Source: Sphaerodactylus townsendi (Eukaryota). From it: a stretch of 64,000 bases of DNA. Position 1 is the stretch's first letter; every line of letters starts with the position of its first letter. A model generated the notes under the pieces. It searched no databases. It saw only the letters and a list, made by a program, of their open reading frames with translations, and was not told where the DNA came from. Position numbers and translations under genes: made by a program. Where the stretch lies: positions 53,072,001-53,136,000 of the forward strand of contig NC_059431.1 in the NCBI RefSeq assembly GCF_021028975.2. Reading direction: 5' to 3'. Below, piece by piece: positions 11,906 to 25,628 of the stretch.

Positions 11906-12523
11906 ATGCAAGCAAATTATGTATCTGAATTTCCTGTAAAATACCAGCAAATTATCTTAAATTTTATTGCTGTAGATTTCTTTTACCCAGTATTGGAAAC
12001 TAAATATGACTCCAGATATACAAAGAAGGCAAGAGAAAGTAAAAGAAATTATGTCATGATGAAGCTTCATATATTGTGCAAAAGTAATTGTTCTTTTTCA
12101 TTTGATCCTCTTTGTACTTCTGTTATTAATCAAATTAAGTATGTAAATTATATACTACAAGTAGGAACCTGAAAACTTGTGGGAGGCATATCATTTTGCT
12201 TCTTCAGTATTTCCTCTTTTCCTTCACTGAAAAGCACCTATAGCTTCTCTCCTTTTCCTGCTTCCGTTTCTCTTTCCCATGAAGCAACCAACTTACCCTC
12301 CCATCATCAGTTTTCTCTCTCCCTTGCCCGGGTAGCCTCTATCAAAAACACAAAAACAAAAAACAGTCCAGTTCTTATTGCCAAAGAGGAAAAAAGCTAT
12401 TGTCCACTGAGGGATTCAGAGGCAATAAGCACACCAGTGGTAAAGAAAAATGGTTTTACTGAAATCTCTCTAGTGATGAGAAATTAATATCATAAGAATA
12501 AAACAGGGAATAAAAACCCCATA

Positions 12524-13660
12524 GCCGGGGCGTACCTAGGCCAACTGGAGCCCGGGGACAAAACCTGTGTTTGACATCACCACCCCAGCGTATGGGCGGC
12601 CACCCTCCCCCACCATGACCAAACAATGATTTTTGCACCAGCTCACAAAACACCTCCCACTCCCAGCAAAACACAGCTCTTTTCCTAATTTCCTAATCAC
12701 AACAACCCTATGAGGTAGGTTGTTAGCCTGAGAAACAACTCCAAGTGGGTATTAAGCATGTAAATCTCTAACAAATCACCCCCAGCAAAACATTTACCAA
12801 ACAAATGTCAGCATCATCTCTCACAAAACACCTCCAGTGGAATCCACCCCCAAACAGCATCACTTTCAATGGTGTTTAAACTAGGGAGCTCAGATTCTTC
12901 TTTTAAATCCACCTTAAGGGGAGAATCTGGGGTCCCCGGTTAAAACAAAATTGAAAGTGATGCTGTTTGGGGATGGATTCTCCCCCACCCTGAAACAACA
13001 TCACTTTTGAGGGTTGGAGATTCAGATGAAACAAATACCAGATTCAGCTGAAACCTGGGCAAATTTGGGCACATTCGGACAAAAATTGTCTGATTATGTC
13101 CTGCCCAAATATGAACAAATGCAAATGCAAGGTATTTTGGGTGTTTTTTCGGCCTGCAGGGAGTGCATTTTTAAAGCTAGTGGCACCATGATTTCAGGGC
13201 ATCATCCAGAGACTGCCCTGATGATGCCACCCAAGTTTGGTGATGTTTGGTTCAGGGGCAGCAAAGTTATGGATGCCCAAATGGAAAGCCCCCATCCCCA
13301 TTGTTTTCAATGGGAGCTAACAGGAGATGGGGGCTACCCATTTGAGGGACCATAACTTTGGTTCTCCTGAACCTAACTTCACCAAACTTGGGTGGCATCA
13401 TAAGAATAGTTACCAGATGATACCCTGAAATTACTAGCTGTAAAAATACATCCCTTACAGGCATCCCAAGAAATTTGCTCAAGATTCTTTGTTTTGCAGT
13501 GACAAACTGTAGCCAATGGGGAATTTCTGAGGCTGGCTGCACATTTCTGAAGATAGAGGCACCAGACTTTCAAGGTGGCTCCAGGAAGCCCTCCTGGTAA
13601 TAGCATCCAGGCTTAGAGACCTTTGCTTCTGAGGGTTCAATTTTATGGGCCCCCAAAAGG
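12524..13660. mobile_element. Non-autonomous DNA-transposon-like repeat region with large internal inverted repeats (right boundary approximate)
   Basis: Left end CCGGGGCGTACCTAG...CCACCATGACCAAACAA is shared with the hAT element at 51455. Internal inverted repeats at ~12850-12975 and ~13175-13440. Confidence 0.5.
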
Positions 13661-14919
13661 CTTATTTTGTTTCCATGCTCCTGCACATGAAGCCTGCTGA
13701 CTGAGTTCTCTCAGAACTTCTCAACTCGCGCCCCCACCCACTTCCAAAAGCAAAGCTCAACAAGCTTGGATGCTATTACCCAAGGCTTCTTGGAGCCACC
13801 TTGAAAGTCTGGCGCCTCTATCTTCAAAAATGTGTGGTCAGTGCTTACACACTCAGAAATTCCACAGAATCTGCCAGGCTCTTCAGCAAGTTCTGTGGTG
13901 GGAAAATTATTTTTCCCACCATAGACTTCAATGGGGCTTTCTGTTATGCCCAGCTGGCTCTGTGGTAGAGGTTTCAACAGGAGGCAATGTGGTAGTGGTC
14001 TTGCTCCGGGTGGGGGCACTTATTTCCTGCAGGGCTGCTATTGTGAGTCTCCTGAAAGGAACCAGCCAACTTTGCTAAAGTTTGCTTGGGATGGCTGAAT
14101 GCTGTGGGCATCAGGTTCACCTTCAACTCGGTGCCCACAGCTGCAGTGACTCTCTGAGCCTGCAGCCATTTGCTGAAGGTTTCCCTGGGATGTTTGCTCT
14201 GCAGGCTCTGCAGATGTGTTCTTTTTAGCCTGAAAAGTACATAGTACTCTGTTCATCCTGCCAATTCCAGCAATATATAGTTTTCCCTTTTTAAATTTTA
14301 GACGAGCTGTCTTCGAAGATCTGCAGACATGATATGAAAATTGGCACGGACACAAGTGGAAGAGGAAACTGACAAGAGAGCTTTAAGGATTGGGCAGAAA
14401 AAAAATAAGACATCTCCTCAGCACCTGAATTCATCATAGCAATCAGGAGACAACTTGTAGACACCTTCAGGAAAAAAGGTTCACATTTTAGTGGCTTAAA
14501 AAAAAGACACCCTGAGCTGAAATAAGATGTCCTGAGGACATCTTGGGGAAAGAGATGTGCGGAGTTCCTCCCCAAGATGCCTTTTTCCCCATCTTCAGGA
14601 CATCTTATTTGTGCTGTGCAGAAAGGGCCAATGATTTTTCATGGGGAAGGGGGATTTAAACTCTCCAATATATTGTTAAGGCCTCAAATTTATAGGAAAA
14701 ACAGTTTCATATCAGTGTGGCTCTCATCCAAAGATTTAGATATCCACAGATGGGGACCATACTTGAGACATAGATATACAGATGTAGATGATAACTGGAT
14801 GAAGTGTGTAGATGGTATACTATTAGAATTTTAGTTTTTTTTAAAAAAGCAAATGGTAGCTATGAGACCACCACTAGTCTTGAAGTACACAGATTATCTA
14901 GATCCATTTCTCTGAAAAT

Positions 14920-15130
14920 GGTTCAGAAATTTCTGAAATGCAGCAGCCACCCTATTGTCGGGGTTAGTTACAGGGACTGTATTGTCCATGTTCTGAAAGA
15001 TCTTCACTGCCTATCTATCTATTTCCAAGTGAAATCCAAATAAATTCTTACCTTTGAGGCCTTAAATCGTTTAGGGACAAGGTACCTGAAGGCTCGTCTT
15101 TTTCCATGTTGTGTAACCTGCCAGTTAAGT
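14920..15130 (+). mobile_element. Decayed L2-type LINE ORF2 3' fragment
   Basis: VLKDLHCLSIYFQVK followed by TFEALNRLGTRYLKARL, like the LHWLP...FK...TFKALNGLGP.YL consensus. Confidence 0.6.
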
Positions 15131-16379
15131 TCTACCCACTGTCTGAGGAAGGATTTGAACCTCAGTTTTTTATAGTCTAAATCCAAAACTGAGGTCAGTA
15201 TACCCCAATGACTGTTAACAAAGCTGAGCTAACAATGGCCATCAGTTCTTGGGTCTTTGTGACATAAGGAGTGAGAGAGAACTCCCTTTAATGATGGATT
15301 TTAGCTGTCTCTTTTTGTACATAATCAAAAATCATTCAGTAGTTACGCAACATCTATGCAGTCAATCTCTTCCCTTGAAATTAATCTTCAAAATACTTTC
15401 CATAAAACTTATGCTTTGCTCTTTAATCTTCATCCTCAGATGGCTAGGTTTAAGATACACAATTGTATTTGTTCACATCTAGAATGTGTTACCCTTGCCC
15501 CTCCATTCTCCTATATAAATATAAACTTTTAAGTTTCTTAGAATAGGTAAAATCTCTGTTTTGCTTATGTTATAGTATATAGTTATAGTGATACTCTCCA
15601 GTGGGGTAGTTGTGTTGGCTAGTTTCAGCAAAAATAATAAACAATTTGTTGCATCTTAAATATTTGCAGATTTATTATGGCTTAATCCTTTGTGGACTAA
15701 AGCCACTTTGTCAGGCATATGAAGGATTTTATTTTGTTGTACATCTATATAATTTTCATTTAATTAAGACATTGATCATTCATGTTTTACCCATCGAGTT
15801 CACAACAAAGGTTATGACATATCTGAAAACTTTCAACACATCATAAATCTTAATACCATAAATAAACATTGAACAACAAATGAAACCCTTGAGTATTCCC
15901 AGAACACCTATATAACTAACCCCTCTTCCTTGAAATACTTCTTCAAAATACTTTGTCCCATTAAATATTTGGTTTGCCCTTCAATCTTCATCCCCTAACT
16001 AATGTAAAGTCTAAAAGGCTAAAGCTTAAAAAAAAACTTCTTGGAAGAGGGAAGAAAGGAAAAATCACAAGCGTAAAAATGGAAACATTTTGATTTAACT
16101 TGATTAATCCTGAATGGCCTCTGAAGTAAAGCTGATGGGTAGACCAAACACCTGAAGTTAACAGAAATGGAGCTTGATGGATCTCCCTAGAGAGGGAATT
16201 CCATAATCTCAGTGTTGCTTACAAAAAGATCTGTCCCTCACTTCTCTCTGTATATACAGAGAACATGCACAGACAAGGGAAGTCAGGACTTTTTTGGTGG
16301 CATATAAATCTCACTATTTTCCACATTTAACAAAGGAAGTTTGTGAAAACTATGCTTCTGTAAGTTTTAAGGTGCTGTA

Positions 16380-17800
16380 GCAGACCAGCATTCTGTCTCA
16401 TCTAGTTCAGCATTCTGCCTCACACAGTAGCCAGCCAGGGCATAGAGGTCTTCCTCTGATGTTGCCTCCTGGCATTGAGATTCTGAGGTTCACTGCCTCT
16501 GTACTGGAAGGTTCCCTTTCATCACCATGGCTAGCAGCCACTGATAGACTTAACCATCATGAATGTATCTAACTCCCCTGTTAAAGCTGTCTATACCTGT
16601 TACTATCACTACATCCTCTGGCAACAAATTCCACATTTTAACCACTTGATCTGTAAAGAAGTGAGGTTTTTTGTTCGTCTGAGTCTGCTATAGCTTTATT
16701 GGATGCCTTTCAGTTCCAGTATTTTGAGAGAGGGAGAAAATGTTGTCTTTGGCTGATTACCCGCTGCAGGCTGTTCCCTGCCTTCACCCTACTGTGACGT
16801 GAAAAGTTGCACCAGAAGTGTTCTCACTTTCCCAGCAGAAATCAAGAAGCACACACGGGGCAAGAGGAAGCGCGTTGGGACAAGAAATCTTGGCCCAATA
16901 GCTTCAGCATGTTGCAAAGAGGAAGCATGACAGGACAAGAGTTCCTGCCCCAATGTGCTACCAGTCCCTCTGCCCAGCAGAGTGCCAGTAGGTAATAATG
17001 AGCCTTTGTCAACCCTCTCCACCCTCTACTCTATCATACCCTCCCTTAGTCATCTCTTTTCTAAATAGAAAGTTCATCTTTTGCTGTACTTTTTCTAGCT
17101 CTGAAATGTCCTTTTTGAGATACAGTGGCCAGAACTGTACACAGTATTTCAAATGAGGAGACACCATAGATCTATACAGAGGCATTATAATGCTGACCAT
17201 TTTATTTTCAATTCCTTTCTTATTAATCCCTAAAAAAAGTTTGTCTTTTTCACCACTGCAGCACACTGTATTGACACTTTCATTGAGCTATCTACTATGA
17301 TCCCAAGACCTTTCCCTCTCTCAGTCTCATCAAGTTCAGGCCCCATTAGCTTATAAAAGTTGGGATTTTTTGTTCCAACATACGTCACCTTACACTTACC
17401 AGCATTAAAATTTATTTGCCATATTGTTGCACACTCATCCAGTTTGTAGCGATCCTCTTGAAGCTTTTCACAGTCATCCTTTCACCATCCTGAATCATTT
17501 TGTATCATTTGTAAACTTGTTCACTGCACAACTCACCCCATGTCCAGATTATTTATCAACAAATTCAATAGTTCTAGCCTCAATACTGATCCATGTGGGA
17601 TTTCACTGCTTACTTCCCTCCCTTACTGTCCATTTGATTTCAACTCTTTGCTTCCTGTCTTGACAAATTTTAAAACCTTAAGAGAATTCATCCTCTTGTC
17701 CTGTTATTGCTAAGTTTACTCAGGAGTCTTTGGAGAGCTACCTTGTCAAAAGTCTTTTGAAAATCCAAGCATATAATGTTTACCAGGTCACCACTGTCTA
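16380..17800 (-). mobile_element. CR1 LINE 3' fragment (decayed, with an internal insertion)
   Basis: Minus-strand translation IIMPLYRSMVSPHLKYCVQFWPLYLKKDISELEKVQ is the CR1 ORF2 C-terminal signature; DFQKTFDKV-like motif near 17745-17770; CR1-type 3' end near 16380-16560. Confidence 0.85.
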
Positions 17801-19699
17801 GATCAGGGGTGTCGAACTCATTTGTTATGACATAAATGTGACTTATGACATAAATGTGACTTGGTTAGGTTGGGCCCTGGATGGGGGATGGTTGCCTCAG
17901 TTGTTGAGCCTGCAGTGGGCTCATCAACCCAGAACAACAGTGGGGGAGCTAGTTAGCACCAGGGCAGGTGGCTGCCTCAGCTGATGAGTCCTTAGCAGCT
18001 TCATCAGCCCAGATTATCCCTGGTGGAGGTGGTTGAAACTGGGAGGGGTGGCTACATCAGCTGGCGAGCCCAGATTGGAATTAGGGGGGGGGGTTGGATG
18101 CCTCTTCTGGTGAGCCCACAGTTGGCTTGCCAACCCAAAATGGCATTGGAGAGGGATAGCTGCCTCAGCTGATGAGACATGTGCTTTGGTTGCAATCACC
18201 AAAAGCTAGATGCACCCCAAACAGCTCAGAAACCACACCACTTCAAGCAAATAGATACCCCTCTATGCCTTTTGTACCAACCCCACTTCACTAATCATTT
18301 ATTATAATGGTAAGATATTGTTGATACAGGATATAGTGAAGCGATCACGTAACACAATGGGTTGAACTGCAACAGATCTTACAAGCTATACAGCGGTGTG
18401 TGCGTATTAAGTGCAGTCAAATTGCTTCTGATCTATGGTGACCCTATGAATTACAATGGACTGAACTACAATAAAGATTCACCCTTACTTCCCCAGGCAA
18501 AAGGGTGGCATGAATCAGTTCTAAGACAACTTAGAAGTGTACTGTAGCTGAACTCATTTGTGGAACACTCTGATAACCAGTAATTGGATAATGTGTCATG
18601 GATCAAGCATTTATGTTCAGGCTCACAAGAAGTTAAGAAAAGAAGACAAGCCAAAAAGGAAGAGAGGAGATAAAGGAATTGGCAAAGGACTAAGCAGTTT
18701 ACAAGTTTGATGTTCCGCTCTGTAAAATAACTTGGCAATAAAAATCAAATGTGACAAGAAATTAATCCATACTGTGCTCTAATTACTGTTTGAAAACTGG
18801 AGAAAGTGTAAGATGTCTGAGATATTTAACTGTGAAAGATGACTATGACACTAACTTTATACTTACCACTCTAAAGCAAGAATGTTTAGAGCTCAGCAAC
18901 ATCTATCTACATTATTTTGATTGTTTAAAAATGGCATCTATAGTGGCAACCCTGTTCACAGTAAAGCAGGTTAAATCTGATGGATTTCAACTGAATTTTG
19001 AAAACCCTGTATGTAACAATATGTTTATAGAAGGCATGAAGAGTTTTTTCTTTCTGTTTCCCTGAGAAAGGAGGACCAATGCCATATTGTCTCTCCTCAG
19101 CCTACATGGCTTTGTCTATTCAACTGCTGCAATCCCATGAATGAGCTTCCCAGGGATTGCAAAAAGTTGCAGAAGCAGACAAAAATGAGAGAAAAAATAG
19201 CATTACATTCATGCATCATTAGGTATAACTTCTTAACTATTGATACAACTGCACCCTGCATTAACCTGTCAATCAGGTGGATTTCTGCCATCACCATTTA
19301 CAGGTATACTTATGCTTTTCACTGCATTTTTTTAGCAATAGCAGAAGTCATATCACACATATTTCTCCCCATAATGAGTTGTCTAAAATGTAGGGGCAGC
19401 ACCTACATTTCTTTTCTTTCAGATTACAATAAAGCATGAGGAACGAAAAGTGAGAGTAACTCATGTATCCAATTCCAAATATCCAGCTCTTTGAACCTTC
19501 TCTTTGGCCCTCAGGCAGAGTCCTAGCTTCACAGTTTATTAGTGAACTAGCAGTAAAGTCTATTGTGTGAAAAAATACAACAGCTCTAAAGAGCTGTGGG
19601 TGGATGAACAGCACCAACCAAAGGGGCCAACCCCTCCTGCCTTTCCTCCCTGCTTGGCCCCACAATTTACCACAGATTATCCCACACACACACAAACAT

Positions 19700-19985
19700 G
19701 AACAGGATTCCCTAATTTTGCAAACGAGCTCTGCTTTCTCAGATTCCCCCCCCCCCCCCGCATGCACAAATACACAGACAGGCTCCCCTAACTTTGCAAA
19801 CAGGCTCTCATTTCGCAGATTCTTTCCCCTCCCCCCAGACAGCTCACCTAATTTTGCAAATGGGCTCTCTTTCTCAGATTCCCGCCCCGCCCCGCCCCGC
19901 CCCACGCAGGCTTCCCTAACTTTGCAAGCAAGCTCTCAGATTTCTCCTGCACCTAGGCTCCTCTAACTTTGCAAAGGGGCTGTTT
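19700..19985. repeat. Degenerate minisatellite, ~45-60-bp unit (about 5 copies)
   Basis: Recurrent CCCTAA(C/T)TTTGCAAA...GCTCTC...TCAGATT. Confidence 0.75.
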
Positions 19986-20483
19986 CTGCTCAGCTGCAGC
20001 TTGACAGAGTTTATCAGGTGTTCCCAGGCAGGAAGTTCCTCAAAGTTCACCAAGGCCCCTAGTCCTGGTAGGCACATTGTAGGGGGAGGAGGGAAGTATG
20101 CCTTCCACACTTTCCTCCTTTTTCAAGACTCATTACCACTAGGGAGAAGCATATTGTGGGGAGAGAAAGGGCGCATATTGTGGAGGGAAGAAAGAGCTGC
20201 TGGGAAATGTAGTATTTGCCCCTTCCAGGAGGAGCTGAAATCTGGGCCCTCCTGAGTGGTCGGGGACTATACTTCCCGGCAGCCCTCACTTCTTCTGATT
20301 TGTCATCAGGAACACGCTGCTCAATGGTATATAGTAAAATTAGGCAATTTGATGATAGTGGGAAGGTGGCTGTAATATCATTGGTAGAAGACTTGTACTG
20401 ATTCAAACAGAGCATGCAATATAGCCCACTGTGCTGATATGAGGTGATGTCTCCACTACCACTGTATCAACTGAATCCAAATT

Positions 20484-20652
20484 TATTGTCGAAGGCTTTC
20501 ATGGCCAGAATTACTGGAGAGTTGTGTGGTTTCCGGACTGTATGGCCATGTTTCAGTAGTATTTTCTCCTGACTTACTGATGCAGGCGAAATGTCATGAG
20601 AAAATGCTACTGGAACATAGCCATACAGCCTGGAAACCCCACAACACTCCAG
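20484..20652. mobile_element. Short Penelope-like element copy with inverted (hairpin) pLTR structure
   Basis: Same terminal sequence TGTCGAAGGCTTTCATGGCCAGA as the copy at 32130; internal inverted repeat; 12-bp flanking duplication TGAATCCAAATT (20472-20483, 20653-20664); degenerate GGCGAAATGTC hammerhead remnant. Confidence 0.75.
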
Positions 20653-20703
20653 TGAATCCAAATTATTTAGGATGGCTCATGGACTTTGGTGCAACTCACA
20701 TAC

Positions 20704-21204
20704 TGTTCTGCTCCCCAGGTGGTTATTTAGGTGCCCTGCACCCGGCCAAAGCAGAATGTAAGACTCACTGATTCAGTTAACAGTTCAATACTTAAAGCTT
20801 TAATTGTAACAATGTTGACAGACCCTGACTCCTCCCGGGTCTAACTATATAAAGGTTACTTTGTTGCAGAAACTTTCTGGAGTCTGGAATTTATTGTAAA
20901 CACTGTGAGACTATAACATCTATACTGTGAATCTATAACATCTTTGACTGTTTAACTTAAATACTGAGAGTCTATAACATCTTGGACTGTCTAACTTGTT
21001 GCTGTCACCCAGCTTCCGTTGGCACCTAACTGCCAAAACCAGACGGGTTGCTGGGTAATAACTGCCATAGAACACCAACCCTAGGGCTTCTTAAAGGGAC
21101 AGAACTAAATTAGGTTCCCTCCCATTGAATACTATACAAAACATAGCTAAACCCATTCTATATAAAGGGCAACTAAATCTTAAAGGGTCTGTGGGGGCAT
21201 GACA
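20704..21204 (-). mobile_element. Solo LTR (501 bp)
   Basis: TGTT...CATGACA termini; 5-bp TSD CATAC (20699-20703, 21205-21209); minus-strand ATTAAA near 20800. Confidence 0.8.
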
Positions 21205-21399
21205 CATACTGTTTTGTTTGATTTGGAAAATAGTTGTAACTATTTTATCAAATTCTTTTTTGCTAATAATGTTTATTTTATTCCATCTGAATTGGTGGTC
21301 AACTTAAATGCACACTCTATGCCTGGGACTGATGGAATCAACTCACAAGATTTTACTAGATAGTTTAGGGCTAAGTTTCCTGGCTAATGTAAATAGGGT

Positions 21400-22690
21400 G
21401 CTTTGAGCTGTCTAGGCTACCTCCTGTAAACTAGACCCTTGCCTTTTGTAACTTGTTAAATCAAGCTACAAAGGATTATTATAGATCTATGTTCAGTCTT
21501 TCTTTTCCAGGTAAGATGAATGAGCAGGAAGTGGTAGAGTAATTCCACATGCATCTGGATGATATCTTACTCATTTCAATCTGCCTTCAGACCTTAATAT
21601 GGGATAGAAACAGTTTTAGCAGCTCTGGTAAATTATTTCCATCTTCAAATGAAGGAGGATATTTTATCCACGTGGATTTGTTAAATCTGTCAACAGCATT
21701 TGATACTATAGATCAGTACTATTTTGTTGGAGTAACTGGAAAATTTGGTAAAGCCTTTGCTTTAGAGTTTCTATCAGGGAAGCAGAGTCAGCTATTTGGG
21801 TTACTAACCTGTGGAGTTCCATTAGTATCCATCTTATCTTCTATGCTCTTTAACATTTATGTCAAATTATTGGGTGGAAATCACCTGAGGCATGATTGGG
21901 AGGAAAAAGCAGTCCTGGAAAAGAATGGCACCATCACAGCCCTGCCATGCCTGTCCCCCACCAAAAGAGGGAGAAAGAACATGTACAACCAGCTTTGCAC
22001 AATTTGCAGCTGGGCTGGGCACCTGTTTTGCTGTGTGGGGCTCAGCCAGATACTTTCTTTTCCACACAGTATGGGGCATGGGGTGCCCCTCACTTGGTGC
22101 TGGGGTGGCCCCAGAGGGGAGGCATTCTCCAGACTATCAGCCCATTGGGACTTTTTACAGTGGCCATAATGGCCAATCTGCCACTGAATTACCTATAACA
22201 GTGATGCCGAACCTTTTCGAGACTGAGTGCCCAAATTGCAACCCAAAACCCACTTATTTATTGCAAAGTGCCAACATGGCAATTTAACCTGAACACTGAG
22301 GTTTTAGTTTAGAAAAAATGGTTGGCTCCGAGGCGTGCGTTACTCGGGAGTAAGCTTGGTGGTAGTCAGTGGCTTTGATTTGAAGCAACCATGCAACTCT
22401 TTGAACAGGTGAATCACGACACTAGGAGGGTTTACTCAGAAGCAAGCCCCATTGCCAGCAACTGAGCTTACTCTCAGGTAAAGGACCACACTTTAGTTCT
22501 TCCCATGAAAATCAGTGGGATTTAACACTGCTTTCCCCCCCACATGACGCACTCTGTGTGCACGTGCCCACAGAGAGGGCTCTGAGTGCCACCTCTGGCA
22601 CCCATGCCATAGGTTCGCCACCACTGACCTATAACTTTGGAGTTGTTAGCCCTCAGTATGCAGATAATACCCAGCTCTATATGTCTTCAT
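21400..22690 (+). mobile_element. Decayed L2-type LINE RT fragment, interrupted by later insertions
   Basis: LLNLSTAFDTIDQ and CGVPLVSILSSMLFNIYVKLLG, then QYADNTQLY (YADD box) at ~22655-22680 after the insertions. Confidence 0.75.
22199..22626. mobile_element. hAT MITE (same family as 42226-42738)
   Basis: TIRs CAGTGATGCCGAACC / GGTTCGCCACCACTG; perfect 8-bp TSD ACCTATAA. Confidence 0.92.
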
Positions 22691-22789
22691 TTAATCTTCT
22701 GGAATCAAATTGAACCTAGTACTGGTGGCAAGGGTGATATTTTGGTGGGAATTGATCTGCCAGTTTCTGATAGATTAAATTTTCTGAAC

Positions 22790-22940
22790 AAACTGTGACT
22801 AGCCCAAGGTTACCCAGTAGGAATATAGAAGTGGGGATACAAATCTGGTCCACCAGATAAGACTACAGCTGCTCATGTGGAAGAGTGTGGAATCAAAACT
22901 GGTTCTCCAGAACCCGCTCTTAACCACTACACCACACTTG
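22790..22940 (-). mobile_element. tRNA-derived SINE 5' fragment (Squam3-like)
   Basis: Reverse complement reads AGTGTGGTGTAGTGGTTAAGAG...CTGGAGAACCAGTTTTGATTCC...CTTGGGCTAGTCACAG, similar to the copy at 52890. Confidence 0.7.
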
Positions 22941-25559
22941 CAGACACTGGTAACTAGCTTGGGGCAGATACAGTAGCACGATTTTACTTATGCCACAGAT
23001 TTTGAACAATAAGGAAAGACAGATGGGCACAGAACCTAAAAATAATAAATAAAAATACTATATTCACTAATGAATCAGCTTTGAAAGGAATGATAACCAG
23101 AGATAGAAGCAAAACTGTGATGGTTTCCAAGAAGTTGAATCTTTCACAACTCTAAACTTTTCAGTATAATCAGGCCTATGTCATAAGGTTGCCTATTTCC
23201 AGGAACTGTGGGCTCCTGCTGAAGTTCTATCTACTATGTGAGAAATGAGGGACAGCCAGATGACTCTACAAGAAGTGATATTCTAAGAAGCTTGGATAGT
23301 GGTTAGAATTGCATGAAGAACACATGATGATGTCATGTAGTGAGTCAGAGTCTTGATCTGTCTACTGTCTACGCTGAATGGGGTTCTGCATGGTCTTAGA
23401 TAGTGGTATTTCATATCACCTACTGCTGAATAATTTTAACTGGAGGTATCAAATATTCCGCCTGAGACCTTCTGCATGCCAAGTAAATACACCGCCACTG
23501 AGCTCCAATCCTCTCCTTTGGGAGATACATATTGGCTGTGTTAACCAACCCCTCCCACTTCTGGGACAACTTAATCTCAATTTTTTCCAACATCTCTCTC
23601 TCTCTCCCTTGTTATAGATGGTATAGTTCATCCTTGTACCTCTAAACCCATGCTTGTAACCTGTGCTTATAATGCAGACATTCTGTGTTTGTTTCTGGAC
23701 CTGAGATTGGTTCCCACTTACTACTTTATGTTTCATATTTTGATTCCCATCCCAGTGTTTCTGTGATTCTCTTCTCCTTTTCCTCCCAACCCTGTTTTTT
23801 TTTGGGGGTGGGGGTGGGGGGGGAACTGAATGTGATGTTTGCAACTTTTTATTTAATATACTTGCCTGTTAGCCTTATTCCTGAAAAAGATATAACCACC
23901 ACTGGGGAACCTTCCCTGTCCCTTTCAGCCCCAATTGGTGCATAATACTTACAATTCTTCCCATACAATCATTTTTATTGATAAAGCATAGTTCTGTCCT
24001 CAACAGTTTATAGAAGACCCAGGCGGTCCCTCTCTCACCTGAGTGAGTATGTAATCCTTGTTGTGTTGCAGAGATAACTTTCAGGAATTTCAGAAACACT
24101 AGTGCCAAAGCATTCTGGCCATGTACAGATTTTAGGAGGAAAGGATAAGTCATGCCCTAATTCTAGGATCACTGTATGCTTTGGAAGAAGAGTGAAGATA
24201 CACAATGGGACATTTCCTAATATAAATTCTACAATGCAAAATTATCAGAGATTAAATTTCATGCTTGATTTATTTACTATGGCCTAACAAATGGTTTCCC
24301 TTCATTTCTAAACCCTAGAAAATATTTTAGCAAAATATACAAAAGTCATTGCAGTGAGGGGAAGTAGACTGTAATGAGGGAAATACAGTTAAGACATTAG
24401 AATTCAATTTCCACTCAACCATTTAACTGGTTTCCAATTTCCATTTCCTTGTAAGCAGTAATAATCCAATTTGTGGTCTTGAAGATATACATTGTGGCTA
24501 ATGTAATTTTTTTTATTTCAAAAGCATTATTTTATGAGACATCTAGCTTAAAAAACCCAAGTTAAATGCAAACATAACCTTCTACATTTCTAAAATGCCC
24601 TTTACAATGACTACTAATTATGTTCATAACCGCTTTTCAAGACCTTTTAGTCTGCTACAAAAGTGATCCTTTTGCCTTGCTGCTCATGCTTATAGAAGAT
24701 GCCTACATGAGTGTAAAATGTGTGAAGAATCTCCTTTTAAAATATTTGTTGTGAGGTTTTTGAATTATGTAGCCATAAATCTTCTCTATAAGCCTTGTCT
24801 CACAGTGGTAAATGTGGAATGCTCATGATGTTAACTGTCAATTGTTCAGGAAAAGGGGAAGGTTGTTTTGAGGAGTCCTGTTTCATTGACCGATAATATT
24901 AATTTATCAAACAAGATTCTTAACACTTAACACAAATCTAATGAGGAAGAAACTGAAATTTTACACCTAAGTTAAAATTTGAGGGGCTTTTTACCAGTTC
25001 CTGAAAATTGGTTATTAAAACTAACCTCCAATTAAATCTCTCAACTACTATATCAAAATGACTCAAATGAAACCTGCCAGGAGGAACACACCAATGTAAC
25101 TCCACCAACTCAACAGAGCAACAATAAACAGATGTCCTCTCAAACCCTTTAAACAAAGGGGGGGAGTGGTTGACCCACCACAACATCTCAACATAATAGA
25201 GAAACATGCACTAAAAATGAAAGCAAGAGGGGGAGCAAGAGTCAACACAAAAAACTGAAAGACCACCATCAGATTTTGAAACCCAGAGAAAGACCCCCCC
25301 CAAAAAACCCACACACCCTTGGAACAGGGGTGAGAAAACATACACAGATACACTCACAAAATCAAATGAAATATCAGTTAAAAAAACATGGTGTCCCACA
25401 CAAGAACAAAAAAAAATACAAAAAGCATCTACTACCAAACCAACTAAACTGCCTCCTCTCCCCAAAAAACAAGAAGACAATGGCTTCCACAGAAAAGTAA
25501 TGCAAGAAGCCCCCCCCCCCAAAAAAAAACCCAAGGAAAAAATTTCAGGAAAAGAAACC

Positions 25560-25560
<1 letters not shown>

Positions 25561-25628
<68 letters not shown>
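25561..25628. repeat. (AC)n(AG)n compound microsatellite
   Basis: Read directly. Confidence 0.97.

Noticed and set aside
19700-19985. CRISPR-like repeat-spacer array
   Set aside because: Vertebrate context, degenerate units, low-complexity C-rich linkers and no cas genes; it is a minisatellite.
21549-22169. 206-aa ORF as a functional gene
   Set aside because: Chimeric read-through of a decayed L2 RT fragment into an unrelated insertion; key RT motifs are mutated.
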